A stretch of DNA of 64,000 bases from Phyllosticta citribraziliensis (Eukaryota): the NCBI RefSeq assembly GCF_038025025.1, contig NW_027117348.1, positions 1,240,001 to 1,304,000 on the forward strand, in the 5' to 3' direction. Positions 38,073 through 51,085 of the stretch are shown piece by piece. The position numbers were made by a program, and so were the translations under genes. Numbering within the stretch: position 1 is the stretch's first letter; each line of letters opens with the position of its first letter. Under the pieces are notes generated by a model that was not told the origin of the DNA, did not search any database, and saw only the letters and a list, made by a program, of their open reading frames with translations.

Positions 38073-39354
38073 GGTGGCGATTGGAAATTCTGAAAGAATC
38101 GCAGCTGTTTTGACCCAATCGTGCCCTCAATTGGTGTTGGCTGGAGAGGCCCAGATACTTGTCAGAAAGGCAAAACACCGTCAGATGAGGCGCTCACCTT
38201 GCGCGACTGACAGGTCGCTGCACTCAAACACCACTCAAAGCCAAGTGAAAAGCTCCATGGACATCTGGGCCGCTTTGCGGCTGCAACAAGAGTAGAGCCT
38301 GAGACTGTGAAGAGAGGTGAAGGAGACTCCAGAGCTGGCGCTGGGATGGTACGGAATCCTTGCAAAGTCAGCGTCAGTTGGAGGTTGAAGGTTGAGGTGG
38401 ACCGTTGGAGTTGTGGCAGCTCGTAGAAGATATTCACCCACAGCGCACCCGCACTAGCCCGAATTGGAACGCCCGGTCAACGATGACACAACATTGTTTC
38501 TCGACATTCACCTACCGCGTAATTTTCCTGCTGGTGATGGATTCCGCAAGCTGTCTTATTCTCCCTTTCCGTCACTGCATGCGCTCCTGCGCCTTTCACC
38601 TCACAAGCTTCCTCTGACCTGGAGATCCAACAGAGAAGTCCTATACCATCACTGAGTTCGCTCTCCCGTGGCATTTACGGCGGAACATCTTTGACGTTGA
38701 CAACGCAACTTTTCCCCGTAATATCTACTTTTGGCTCCCATAGTCCGAACGAGACATTTCAAGAACGCTTTTTGTGACTTCATCTCTCCCATTCGAATCG
38801 TGGCTGCGCTTGCCAAACCCCCCAAAGGTCACAGATCTTGCTATTCAGCTCTTGACATTGAACTATCCAGTGGAAAGAAGCATGCGCTTGCTTGCACGGG
38901 ATGTTGCAACACCTCTTTAGCTACAAAATAGGACAATGAGCAAGGAATCAGTCTTGCAAGTCTGTGCATGATTAATTTTGGGCAGAGCACTATCACTGAC
39001 TTAATTTCTGAGTGGCTGTGAAATTCCTGGCTGAAAAATAGCCACTTGTTTTGGTGTCCTAGTTGGATCGCACTCCGAGCATCCGTTGAAGTAGTCCCGT
39101 GAACAGATCAACCCTTAGCATAAGAAAAAGCACTGGACTGGGGAAGGAAATCCAGTGAGAAGTCAGGAAACCCAAGCAGGGGAAAGAAATATCCAAGGAT
39201 AGTAAAGGAGCCCCCGAATAGGCGCAATCCAGCACAGAAACTTTTGAGGCCGCAGCAGTGGCGTCCTGCCACGTGCAACGAATACTCCCGGAGCGGGGGC
39301 AAACACTCAGCCAAGGAGCATCCCTGTGTCGCTGAATGGGTCCAGATCAAAAAA

Positions 39355-40067
39355 TCATTCAGAAAGCCGGTCTCGGACCTCCGCAAAGCTTGCCATGCTC
39401 ATAAGCGTGAATTCGAGCGGCAACTCCTTGAACAGCTTGAGCTCCGCCTGAGTCGCTCCGGCCGGCCTCCAGTGTTTTGCAAACTGGCGAGCAAACGTCT
39501 TGCGGATGGCGACGTTCTCCGGGGTATTTTTAAAGAGGCGGATGATCGTGGCATGGCTCGGGTATGTAGGGGTTTTGTCGTCGCCAGGCTCAAAGCGGTG
39601 CTGAAATGCACCATGGATGGCGCTGCAAAACTTCCACATGTCGTACATGGCGCCGAAGATGTACGCCTGACTCATCATGTAGTCCCACGTCAACTCGACC
39701 TCGTTTCCTTCTGCGTCGGTCTGACTCTCCTGAGGGCCCCACTTCGGTGGATCTTTTTGTCCCTTGGTCCTGAATGAGGGCACTCGGCCGGTGTACATCC
39801 AGTGCATGACGATCTTGAACACGTCCTCTTCCGTCTCCTACAGAGTGATCTCTCTCTCTTTGCCTTCTTTGAACTCGCTTTTCAGGGCTTTGTCAAAGAC
39901 TGGCGAGTGCTGGCAGACGACGTCCATGTGGATGAGAAACTGTTTCTGGTTTGGACCGACTTTGAACGACACCATCAGCTGTTCACCATCGCTGAGAATT
40001 AGTGTCAGCAAACTGCCTTTTGCAAGGGTGAGGGTGCTTACGAGGCGTCTGGTGGAATCTGCGACAT
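39355..40067 (-). pseudogene. BTB/POZ gene (BTB-3) with a single in-frame TAG at 39838-39840
   Basis: ATG 40067 and a phase-2 intron, then VSFKVGPNQKQFLIH..SEFKEGKEREITL*ETEEDVFKIVMHWMY. The frame continues intact to 39355. Confidence 0.8.
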
Positions 40068-40842
40068 GTTGCTGATGAATGGTCCTTGAACGAATTCGAT
40101 GAAATGTCGGAGATCTTCGAGTGCGCTTGCGAGCTAATCCGTAAGAAGCTTCCAGACCAGAGAAGGTGGTGCCATGCACAGGTCTGCCTTCACCTCCGGA
40201 GTTTCGCTACTTCAGTAGCACTTTTGGAGATGAAGGGAAGGACCAGACCCCATGCAAGGTTAGACGTGTTGAAATGAGGTCGTATTGAGAGAGTCGGCCC
40301 GGGTTGGCGAAGATTGACGAGGAACTGGTGGAAGGCGTCGGCCTCACTGCTGCAATCGAGAGGTGACAGTTTGAGGATGCGCTCAGTCAGGTGAGGACCG
40401 CAAAGCTACCTGAAGCTGCAGTCGAAAGGCCGGCTTGTCGGTCAAGAGATGGGAGAGATGAAACGACTTGGGGGTCTGGACGTTGACGCCAGCTGAAGGG
40501 AGAGTCCCACGGGAGGTTGGCGTCGACGTAGCTGCGTCGAGCAAAGAAAGTAAGGTGAGGTGCGTTGAAAGAGTTCGATGAGTTGATGTTTCGAAATGGA
40601 AATGATGGAGCTGAGGATGGATGCTCCCGCTGCTGTAGGTACAGAGGGGGGCCTGTGCGCCGACTCGCTTCGAGTGCAGTGACGCCACTGGTGATTAAAA
40701 TGGTTCTTTAGTTGGCCGTTTTGACGCGTCCCCTCGCGCACCCTCTTCTAAAAAATACAACAACCATGGTCTGCGCCTTCTTCAAGAAGACGTGGGTGGT
40801 GTCGAGATGTCAAGAAGATTGATGGTTGGTGCGTCCTGGGGG

Positions 40843-41781
40843 CTACCATCCCGATAGATCTCGTGGTGTGCCCGCAAGGATTATTGGAGGCTGCGGTTGT
40901 CTAGAACGGAAAGGTCGAGAGGTTTTGTGCCAAATGCGAAAAAGATAACTCCCCTCCGGTACTCGTTTGTACGGCCTCGGCTTTTTTTCTTTGATGCTGT
41001 GGCCTCTGGAACGGCCATGTAAAAGGGGGAGCCAGTGACGTTGAGCCGAGGCCAGATCTTTTTCCAGCGCGCGCCGACGCTCAATCAAATTGCTGATCAA
41101 CAGCATGACAAAACCATGCGGCAACTCTATTAACCCTCTCTTTTCAATGGGATTTTGGGCAGTTGTTGGATTCCAATGTTCCGCAAATTTCTCGATGAGC
41201 AGTTTGCTGAGCGCGGAATCTTCCGGGACGTTGTCGAACACCCTGAGGATTGTGAATATACTCGGACATTTTGCGGTATTCCAAATTCCGAATCGGGCTT
41301 GGAACAACCGCATGATGTCATCAGCCAGCTTGGGGATGTCGTAGACGACTGAGAATATATAGCAGCTGCTCAGGAGGTAATCCCACCACTTCTCGACCTT
41401 GTTTCCTTGATCGTCTGTTCTGTACGCTTCCAATGGATAACGCTTCAACATTTGTTGCTCCGGGGCATACATCCAGTCCAGAACAACTCTGAAGACGTTT
41501 TCGTCGGTATCTTCAAGGGCCATTCTCTTGGTTTGACTCTCTTTGAAATGCCCATGATTGAATGCTATGTCAAAGAATCGAGAGGACCCACAAATGATGT
41601 CTCGGTGAATGGCAAACTTCTTTTGATTGGGGCCGACTACGAAGGTCAGGAACCTCTGTGAGCACTCACTAAGACAAAAGTTAGAGCTGGCCATTGCCAC
41701 TGATTAGAACACTCACGAAGGTCTGAGTGGGCCCCTCACATAGGGAGATATCGGCGGATTCGGTTTGGGTGGATAAACCAT
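40843..41781 (-). CDS. BTB/POZ-domain protein (BTB-4)
   Basis: ATG 41781, phase-2 intron ~41670-41716, then LTFVVGPNQKKFAIHRDIICGSSRFFDIAFNHGHFKES..DENVFRVVLDWMY and WDYLLSSCYIFS. Confidence 0.88.
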
Positions 41782-42077
41782 CTTGAGTGGATTCTCAAAC
41801 TCCATTGTGGGCTTCAACTTCAACCCCTGATCCTGCATCTTATGATTGTTTGTCGAGGCGAGGAGCGAAATTGGGCGACGAGTGGCTTGAAATATCTATT
41901 GCACGATTTACGCGGTACCGAACCGTCAAAGCAATTTGGTTGATGAGAACCAAGGGGCCAGCTCGCTCCCAAGAGTGTCGTTCACACTTGATTCCCAAAT
42001 GACGGATTACCAAAGTTTGCGATATCCCTGGATTTGAATGTGATTGTCCAACCACGCTACCTTTCCTGGTGGCGTAC

Positions 42078-42914
42078 TTATGGACCGTTCTTCGCAAACA
42101 CGACTGGGAGATTGCTGTCTTGTCGCTTCCGCGGGACGACCCTGCTCTTCGCTCCCTCCCGCATGTTTCTGAGCAGCCTCTCCTGCTGTTGCTTCCACAA
42201 CATGTTCTGATGGCATTTTTGCATTTCCGCAAATGGCTCCGGAAATTGTTTCGTTGGGCGCCTGGCCCAGCGTCTCAAAATCTCTTCAGCAAGTGCCTCG
42301 CAAAGCGGCGAGTCCGTCGGAACCTCTTCGAAAAGCCTGGAAAGCGTGACGCTCTTTGGCAAGCCAGCAAGCGAATTGTAGTTGCGTTCTGAATCGCGCA
42401 TCCGGCTCGTAAATTGCTGCAGGACCGCCTCTGCGAATTCGTTGACCTCGTAGATTGTCGCGAATACGTATGCGCTACTCAGTAGGTAGTCCCAGAGCTC
42501 TTCAGGATTGCTGCCATCTTCGTCGTGCACCATTGTCCAAAGGTAATGGCCCGTAGGTTGCGGCAGAAGCCTTGTGCGTATCCACTTTGCAAAGAGCTCA
42601 AATACTTCAGGGTCGGTATCTTCGAGCGCCAGGACTCCGGTACGTCCTTCTCTCCAGTGGTTTTGGAAAGCAACAGCAAAGAATGGTGATCGTGACGTAA
42701 GGTGACGCATTTCCATTTCGAATTCTTGTTGTTCCGGACCCACGACAATTGTAACTCTGTTGTTCGTCAGCTTGTGATGTGAAGGGAACCCGGAACAATC
42801 GAATTACCGAAAGTCGCAGGCAGTATCAGCCTGAGTCGTCTTCAAGCTCCCTGGGTCTAACGAGATGTGCCCCGGACGGGAGCTTTCTTTACCTGGTCGC
42901 ATCGTGAAGAACAT
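42078..42914 (-). CDS. BTB/POZ-domain protein (BTB-5)
   Basis: Probable ATG 42914, phase-2 intron 42757-42807, then VTIVVGPEQQEF..SPFFAVAFQNHWREG..DPEVFELFAKWI and WDYLLSSAYVFA. Confidence 0.85.
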
Positions 42915-44046
42915 GGAAACGTCTGGGGCTTCAAAAATGGCGAATCATTGTGGTTGATTTGATGGGTTATTGCAAGAGTCTTTGAAGGAAAAGAAACAAT
43001 CCGATAGTTGCTGTGTAGCGCGTTCGCGAGATTAGTCACGCCCTAGGCTGGCGAGCAGCTGTTGAGTTTTGCATTGGGATGTCGACCGTCTCCTTCGCAG
43101 AGCCCCTCAATGCAAAACGCACCACAACCCATCCATGGTACGCTCACCTGAAAAGCCAAGGGCAAAGCAACACAGCTCCCCCAGGATGATGCGATCAATC
43201 GAGCTTCTTGGTAATATAGTAGGGTTTTGGCCAGAAAGGACAATTTCAGCCAGAAGCAGAGGAAAAAAAGCCGCGCGTAAATTGGGCGCAGTGTCGATGG
43301 GGAGTGTAAATGTGGCAAGCCTGCTGTGCACAGCTTTTCCAGTACATCTGCAGATAAAGACCGCTCGGCGAGCTGGATTTGGCTTTGTCACGAGGAGCGG
43401 CTCTGGGCGACCTTTGGGACGCCAAAGCAAAGGGAGAACGGACTGGAAAGCGTCGGGAATTGCAGCGAAGCAGCTACCGCATTCTCTTTCTGGAAGACAC
43501 GCCGGAAGACAGAGGTGACTGTCATGCGCTCACAATCAGCACAATGACAGCACAAAAGCCCAGATCCAAGGCGTGAGTGGCTTCAAGGGAACGAAATGGG
43601 CTTACCCTGAGCCGTGGAAGATTTCTTGGCACCCAGCTATGGGCCGGACTCGAAGAAAGACAATTGCCTGAAGAACGGGTATTGTCCACGTGGAACGCTT
43701 CATGGACGCATGGCTCTTTGAAGATGATGCGACAATCACGTCAGTGGTGGATGGGAGAAGGCGTCAAGTGTTCTGGGCTGCTCCAGCATGTCGTGTTAAG
43801 TTGCCGGTGTTTGGATGATGTTCGGGAAGAGTACAAGCGTGCAAGTCGGTGACCGTGGTCACATACGTGGTCAAGGCGACGGGATGGGCTCAGGACTGTG
43901 CTGGATGGGCTTTGCATTGTTAATGTTCAAGCCAGTTTGGAAGCGCAATCAGCACCGACTCACTCTTCGTCACCTCCATCTCAGTCGCATCCGATTGGTC
44001 CATGGGGCGCCCCGGGCTAATCCTACTTGGGTTAGGGTGTGGCTGC

Positions 44047-44434
44047 GTGCACGGCTCGTAAACTTCCAAAAGCGGTAGTAGTACGACCCAGGCGGTGAGT
44101 CGCAACATGAGCGAGACACCTACCCTATCGCTGCCAGTGCACGGCTCGTAAAAGAGCCAACGAGGAAATGTAGAGTGAGGGAGCATTGTTGCTGCCTTCT
44201 GGTTGCCAGCTTACTAGAATTCCCCGAATCATGGCGCCTTCGCATGATCTCTTCATGGCCCCCAAGCCAAGATGCTGTCCCTGAACTTTTTTCCTAGTAA
44301 CAATGCCCCTCTATGTAGTCATCTCTGCAGTGGCTTATGATTCGTCACTGAAACGCCACGTCGGGCACACCGTGCGTCTCTTGATTTGGTACAGTGAAGG
44401 ATTCGAGGTCGCCTTCCGGTGCACGGCTCGTAAA
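44047..44434 (+). promoter_or_regulatory. Three exact copies of GTGCACGGCTCGTAAA upstream of the ABC transporter (candidate Zn2Cys6 sites)
   Basis: Copies at 44047-44062, 44137-44152 and 44419-44434. Each contains a CGG triplet. The binding-site role is inferred. Confidence 0.6.
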
Positions 44435-44728
44435 AATCCAAAAGCAGTAAGTGTACGACCTGAGGCAGTTCCAGCTAGCTGAATGATGTGTGTGGCTCGG
44501 CAAAGACCGCAAACATATCACTGATGAGGCTTTCGCATCGCGCATGCAATGTCCGACCTTTTCCTTTATAAGTCTTCCCAGCTCGCCTTGCGGTGCGGCC
44601 CAATAGACCTTACATTCAGCGGACGATTCCGGACTAATTCCTAGAGTAAGTTTTGATTCACAAAACTTATCTTGCAGGTCCCAGACTCATCTCTCCAGGG
44701 GAAAAAAAGACAAGCGATTTGCAAACCA

Positions 44729-47700
44729 ATGGCAGAAGACCCAGGCTCCATCGACGGCGCCGCGCCAAAGTCAAATTCCAGCCGACCAGAACGAACACCC
44801 AAGTTTTCCGACTACCTCAGAATCTTCACCTACGCCACAAAATGGGACTTTTGCATGTACTTCGCCGCTTCCCTGGCATCCGTCGGGGCCGGCGTGATGA
44901 TGCCCCTTATGAACGTCGTCTTCGGGCAGCTCGTGGGCGAGTTCACCGACTACTTCAAAGACCCCGAGGCCATGTCCCCTGGCGACCTCGAGCGCATTCT
45001 CAACAAGGCCGCGCTCTACATCATGGCACTCTTTCTCGGCCGCTGGGGGCTCAACGCCATCAACAAGTTCTGCTTTCGAATGATTGGCATCCGGTTGTCG
45101 TCGGCCGTGCGACTGCGGTACTTGCAATCGCTTCTCGCCCAATCCATCCACACTCTCGACGCGCTGCAACCTGGCGCGCCCGCGACCGCCATCACCTCGA
45201 CGGCCAACACGCTACAGCTGGGCGTGTCGGAGCTGCTGGGCACGTTTCTGATGTTCAATGGCACCGTCTGGGCCGCGTTGATCATCGCATTCGTCTGGAG
45301 CTGGGACCTTACGCTCGTGACGTCGTCAGTGATTCTGTACATACTGGCCGTGCTGGCGGTAGTTGTGCCACTGACCGTCAGGGGTCAGGCTGCGATGGCG
45401 AAAGCGGACGGCGAGGCGACAGCCATTGCCAGCGAGGCGCTGGGGGGCATACGGCTTGTCATGGCATGTGGCGCGCAAGGCGGCGTCATCGCCAGGTATA
45501 ACAATTGGGTGCAGGAGGCCCTGGAGCGGGCGCAGAAGATCGCACCGGTCTTGGGAGCTCAGTTCGGTCTAGTGGTATGTTTCTGGCTCATCACTACCAG
45601 TCAGATGATATTTGGGGCTGATGCTTGGAGCAGTTCTTCGGCGTGATCGGAGCATTCGGCCTGTCGTTCTGGTACGGCACGCAGCGGTACATTGCCGGAG
45701 CCATCGACAACGCTGGCGTGGTTATCGTCGTGCTCTTGTCCGTCTTCATGATTCTCACTTCCATGGAGCGCATAGCGACCCCCCTCATAGCCGTCAGTAA
45801 GGCCACCGTTGCTGCTTGTGAGTTGTTTACCGTAATAGATGCCGCCCCGCCTGCGTCTGGTTCCTTGAAGCCGCAGTTTTCCTCTGAAGACCTGGTCTTC
45901 AACGAGGTGACGTTTGAGTATCCCAGTCGGCCTGGTGTCAAGGCTCTGGACGGGTTGAGCTTCCGCATTCGGTCAGGCCAGAACACAGCGCTCGTTGGTC
46001 CGTCGGGCTCAGGGAAGAGCACTATCGTCGGATTGCTGGAACGATGGTATTCTCTGAGAGATCAGCACGCCGTGCCTCAGGTGGATGAGGCTAAGCCGAA
46101 GGAAAAGACGGATGATGAGAAGAGCGAACAGCCTGATGAGGAGCCGAATGCTCCTATCACGCCAACTCTTTCCGGGTCCATTACGGTTGGTGGAGTCAAC
46201 GTGGAGGATCTGGACCCCATCTGGTGGAGAGCGCAGGTTGGGCTAGTTCAGCAAGAGCCCTTCCTCTTCAATGATACCATTTACGGTAACGTTGCGAATG
46301 GTCTCATCGGAACCGAATGGCAAGACGAGCCCGAAGCGCGGAAGCGAGAGCTGGTCCAAGAAGCGTGTCGGGAAGCTTACGCCCATGAGTTCATCAGCCG
46401 CCTCCCAGATGTAAGTCCGAACTCGTTGTTCAAACCCTCTCCTACGACTCCGTCAAAGTGACCAAAGATTCTGACGGTGCATCATTAGGAATACAACACG
46501 CACGTCGGGGACGGTGGCGCGAAGCTGTCAGGCGGCCAAAAGCAGCGTCTCGCCATCGCGAGGAGCATCATCAAAAGACCGCGCATCATCATTCTCGACG
46601 AAGCAACCAGCGCGATAGATGCCAAGAGCGAAAGGATAGTCCAGGCCGCCCTCGACCGAGTTACGCAGAACCGCACGACCATAACCATCGCGCATCGCCT
46701 CTCGACAATCAAGAAGGCCGACAATATTATAGTGCTGCAGAAAGGGAGGGCAGTCGAACAGGGGACACATCGAAGCCTCACTGCCGACCCGTCGGGTGTT
46801 TACAGCTCTTTGGTGCGGGCGCAGTCTTTGCATCTTTTGGCCCAGGATACGTCGGAGACGGAGACAGCAAAAGCGGATTCCGATTCAGACTCGAAAAAGG
46901 CAGCCATCGATTTCAACCAGGATGGAGAGGTGGTCCGTACCAGTGTTGATCAAGAAAAAGCCACTCGTCAGCCCCGAAACCTATTTTCCAGTTTCCCAGA
47001 GCTTCTCCGCAACCAACAGGTGCATTGGCTGCACTATCTTGGCATCCTCTTGGCGACTTTGGGAGTCGGAGCCCAGGCGCCCCTCCAAGCCTTGCTCTTT
47101 GCGAAAGTCCTCGGCGTGTTCCTCATGAACGGAGATGAACTCAAGAGCCAAGCTGATTTCTGGGGCCTGATGTGGTTCGCCCTGGCCGGGGGCGTCGGAA
47201 TTGCGTACTTCTTCGAGGGCTGGCTCAGCATGCGCGTACAGTACTTCGTCAGCGCGGCTTTCAAGCGGCAGTACTTGGCCGACATGCTGCACCAGAAGCT
47301 CACCTTTTTCGACGAGGAAGCCAATTCGCACGGCACACTGAGCTCGCGCATTGCCAGCGACGCGAAGCTGCTGGAGGAGCTGTTCGGGCTCAACACGGCC
47401 ATGTTTCTCTCGGGCGTCTTCACAGCCGTCGGCTGCATCATCATCGCGCTTGTCTTCAACTGGAAGCTTGGCCTGGTCGCCACGTTCATCACCATGCCGA
47501 TCATGCTGACGTCCGGCTTCTACAAGTACAGGTACGAGGTCAAGTTCGACCAGATGAACTCGGCCGTCTTCGACGAGAGTTCGCAGTTCGCCACCGAGGC
47601 CATAGGGGCAATGCGCACCGTCTCTTCCCTGACGATGGAAGCTGTCATCATCGACCGCTACAAGAAGCTCTTGGATGGCCATGTGCGCGCAGCGCAGCGC

Positions 47701-48805
47701 AAGGCCCAGTGGACTTCCGCGTTCTTCGGCTTCGCGGAAAGCGTGACTCTTGGCTGCCAGGCCCTGATTTTCTGGTACGGCGGCAGGTTGCTTGCTCGCG
47801 GCGAGTGCTCGTTCGAGGCCTTCTTCGTCTGTTTCATGGCCATCATCAATGGAGCAGAGGCGGCGGGTCTAATTTTGTCTCTGGCACCCAGTGCCGCACA
47901 GGCCACAGCGGCTGCAAATCGTATCCTCGATGTCCAAGAGTCGGCAGAAAAAGACCGGGGTGGAACATCAGACAGCTGGGCCTTACCCGGATCGGATGGC
48001 GGCGTGAGAATCGAGCTGCGGAACGCCCATTTCAAATACCCCACGCGGGACGTTTTGGTTTTCGAAGACCTGAACCTGACCGTCGAGAAAGGCCAGTACG
48101 CCGCATTTGTCGGGCCATCCGGGTGCGGAAAGACGACCATCATATCCCTCTTGGAGCGGTTCTACGAGCTGGGCCCAGGCCAAGGCACGATTCTCTGCAA
48201 TGGAATCAACATCAACAACCTCAACCTCTACGACTACAGGCGGAATCTTTCACTCGTGTCCCAGGAACCAATTCTGTTCCACGGAACAATGCGCGACAAC
48301 ATCCTTTTCGGGGTAGAAGACCCGAGCTCTGTATCGGACGAGAAGATCCAAGAAGTCTGCCGCAATGTTTTCATCCATGACTTCATCGTCTCCCTGCCCG
48401 AGGGCTACGACACTGACGTGGGGCAGAAGGGCGTGTCCATGTCTGGAGGCCAAAAGCAGCGGATCGCCATTGCGCGCGCTTTGGTCCGGAATCCCAAGAT
48501 TCTTCTACTGGATGAAGCGACATCGGCACTGGATTCCGAGTCCGAGAAAGTCGTGCAGGCGGCATTCGAACGGGCGCGGGCCGGGCGAACCATGATCGCA
48601 GTGGCCCACCGACTCTCGACCATCCAGGACGCCGACGTCATCTTCGTGTTTGATGAGGGGAAGGTGGTTGAAAAGGGTACGCACAAAGAGCTCATCAACA
48701 AGCAGGGCATTTATTGGGAAATGGTAAGTCCTTGTAAACCGATGGTGGCTCTCCGTTTTCTGACAAATGAATCTTTAGTGTCAAAGCCAGGCATTAGATC
48801 AGTGA
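44729..48805 (+). CDS. Full-length ABCB (MDR/P-glycoprotein-type) transporter, 4 exons
   Basis: TMD-NBD-TMD-NBD. Walker A GPSGSGKST and GPSGCGKTT, signatures LSGGQKQR and MSGGQKQR, Walker B ILDEATSA and LLDEATSALD. Introns 45575-45633, 46411-46488, 48724-48778. Confidence 0.95.
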
Positions 48806-49069
48806 ATGGCCTAGGGAGACGGAGGAAGAATCGTTAGCTAGAATTAGACTTTTGGTGAGGAGTTTTCTTACGGAAACAGTTGGCATGGTTCAAAGGCGTC
48901 TCGCATTGGGCACACTCGCTTGAATGCTCCTTGTGACCTCGCTTCGAAGAGACGAGACATTCTCTGTTCAAGGCGACAGGAGCTTGGAAACTCCAAGTCT
49001 TCCTGCATTTGTACTTAACGATGAGGGGTCCCGGAGTTGGAAATCTTTTTCTTCGCCCTCTGGGGTAGC

Positions 49070-51085
49070 TCAAGAGGAATATATGTCAACCATAAACAGC
49101 CCGCCAGATCCCGTGAGGGGCTGCCGTTCCCACCGCACGACCTCTGTCTCCGGCCGCACCTCCGCCGCCTCCTCGACGCACTCCCACTTCCCTGTTGTCG
49201 CGTCTTTTTCCAGGAAACGTAACAGGATACGCTCGCCGCCGTCCTCAAACAGCAACTCGCGGCGCCACAGCCGCTGCCACTGCTCTGTCGGCGTCCCCTC
49301 AAACGCGTTCGCGCGCTCGACGGCGCGATTGCGCAGTGCGACGGCGTGCAGGGCGCGCGTGTTCCATAGGCCGTCCTGGCCTGGGTAGTCCCTCAACAGG
49401 GCAACGGTGTCATCGCGCGTCGGTGGGTCACGGCAAAAGAGCGCGATCATGAGCAGGTTCCAGGCCAGGCTGCATTGCAGCGACAGCGCGCGGGCCGGGT
49501 TGTGCGCGATGTCAGCGGCCGCCCGTAGCGCCATCCGCGCCAGCGACAGGTACTCGCGGTATGCGGGCGTGAGTGCGCTCATGGTCTCGACGGCGATGAA
49601 CTGCGGCGGGTCTTCGAATAGAATGGCGCTAAGGTACTGCATGCGCAGGTGCAGCGCCTTGAGGTAGGCCGGCGAGGAGCCCGAGCGCGTGTCTCCTTCT
49701 TCTTCCCCTTCGGTCATGACGATGCGGTGGAAGAGCGGCATAAAGGCGGCTTCGAGCACTTGGGTGTACTGCCTCGCCGGCTCGCACCAGGCATGGAGCT
49801 TCGGGTTGTCGAAGAGATCTTTATAGAATTTAGACACCTGGATGTCAAAGGGCTCAGCCCTTTGATGTACGGTTTCTGTTGCGGAGCCGGACAAGCCGGA
49901 ATTTTGAATCGCTTCGGCCATTATCATTAGCATGGTGGTACTGTCGCGCCGAGCGGCGGTCAGGCGCTGCTCGAAGTCGTCAAGGCTTGTGAAGGCGGTG
50001 GGGATGTCGCTGGCGGTTGCGGATGGGCGCTGGACCCGGCTGAGGAGGACCATGAAGGACTCCATGGTTTGTTGCTTGTTCCGAAGCCCTTTGGTGAGGT
50101 GTGGGAGCGGCGAGCCATGGCCGAACCTCCCGCGAAGAACAGTGCGGGCCTGTATTGCTAGATTTGTGAAGATGTCTGCCACCGCTGCCAGGAGCGGTCG
50201 CGGATTCGGCGCGAGGTTGGTTATGTGATGGTCTGAATCTCGGTCCGTCAAGACGGCAAGCAAGAGAGCCATTCCATGGTTGACATGGTCCAGGGCAGCC
50301 CTCCTATTGCCTCTGAGTATCTCGAAATACACCGAGAGAACAGAGAGGAAGACAGCATCCTGTACAGAAGCTTGTTGGCTCTGCATTTTCAGGGCGTGGC
50401 AGTAGTGAGCGACGGCATGGAAATAATATGCGTCTTCTCCTTTAGCCTGGGAATTTGGTGCGGAAATTGCGCGAAGAGACTTGTGATTGGATTGTTGATG
50501 CCACTTGCTCAGCGAGCCAATGGCCATTGCCGCATGACGAAGCGTGGCATTACTGCGAGCAACCTGAGGGAGAACAACGGCCCATAAGTCACCGCAGGTT
50601 GCTGCAGTGTTCCAGGATCCCTGAATAAGACCTACGAACTCCTGGAAATAGAACATGCTCGTAGAATCTCGGAAATCTAGGAAATCTGGATTGGGCTGAT
50701 GCTGCAGCCTTGGAGTTGCGACATGTACGGTCTGCTTGGAATCCCAGCAGAGCTGCACAGGACCGGCATGTTTCTTCTTTTTCAGTCCGACAACATACCC
50801 TTCACAATGACGTCGGCTGCTGATGCAGTTACCACAGTGGGGTTTAGCCTCGTCGCATTTGATGTGGCGCTTCTTGCAAGTCACACAGCCTGTTCGAACT
50901 TTTTGGGTGCTCGTACGTGAAGGTTTTGGTATGTCATGCCGGACATGCTGGACTGAATCATTTTGCAACAGAATATTCTTCTCGGGAGATACAGATCTTG
51001 CGGGGTGTCAGCCTTGTTTTTTCATCTTCCCGCTGCGTTGAACTTTGGCTCACTGGAAAGAATTATTAGAAAATGCGTCCCCCAT
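49070..51085 (-). CDS. Zn(II)2Cys6 transcription factor
   Basis: [36 protein letters not shown] and middle-homology-like [11 protein letters not shown]. Probable ATG 51085 with a short 5' intron (~50998-51053). Confidence 0.92.

Noticed and set aside
44028..44038. Telomere-like GGGTTAGGG
   Set aside because: A single short occurrence, not an array.
44047..44434. Repeated 16-mers considered as a CRISPR-like array
   Set aside because: Eukaryotic context, only three short copies, irregular spacing (90 and 282 bp) and no cas genes.
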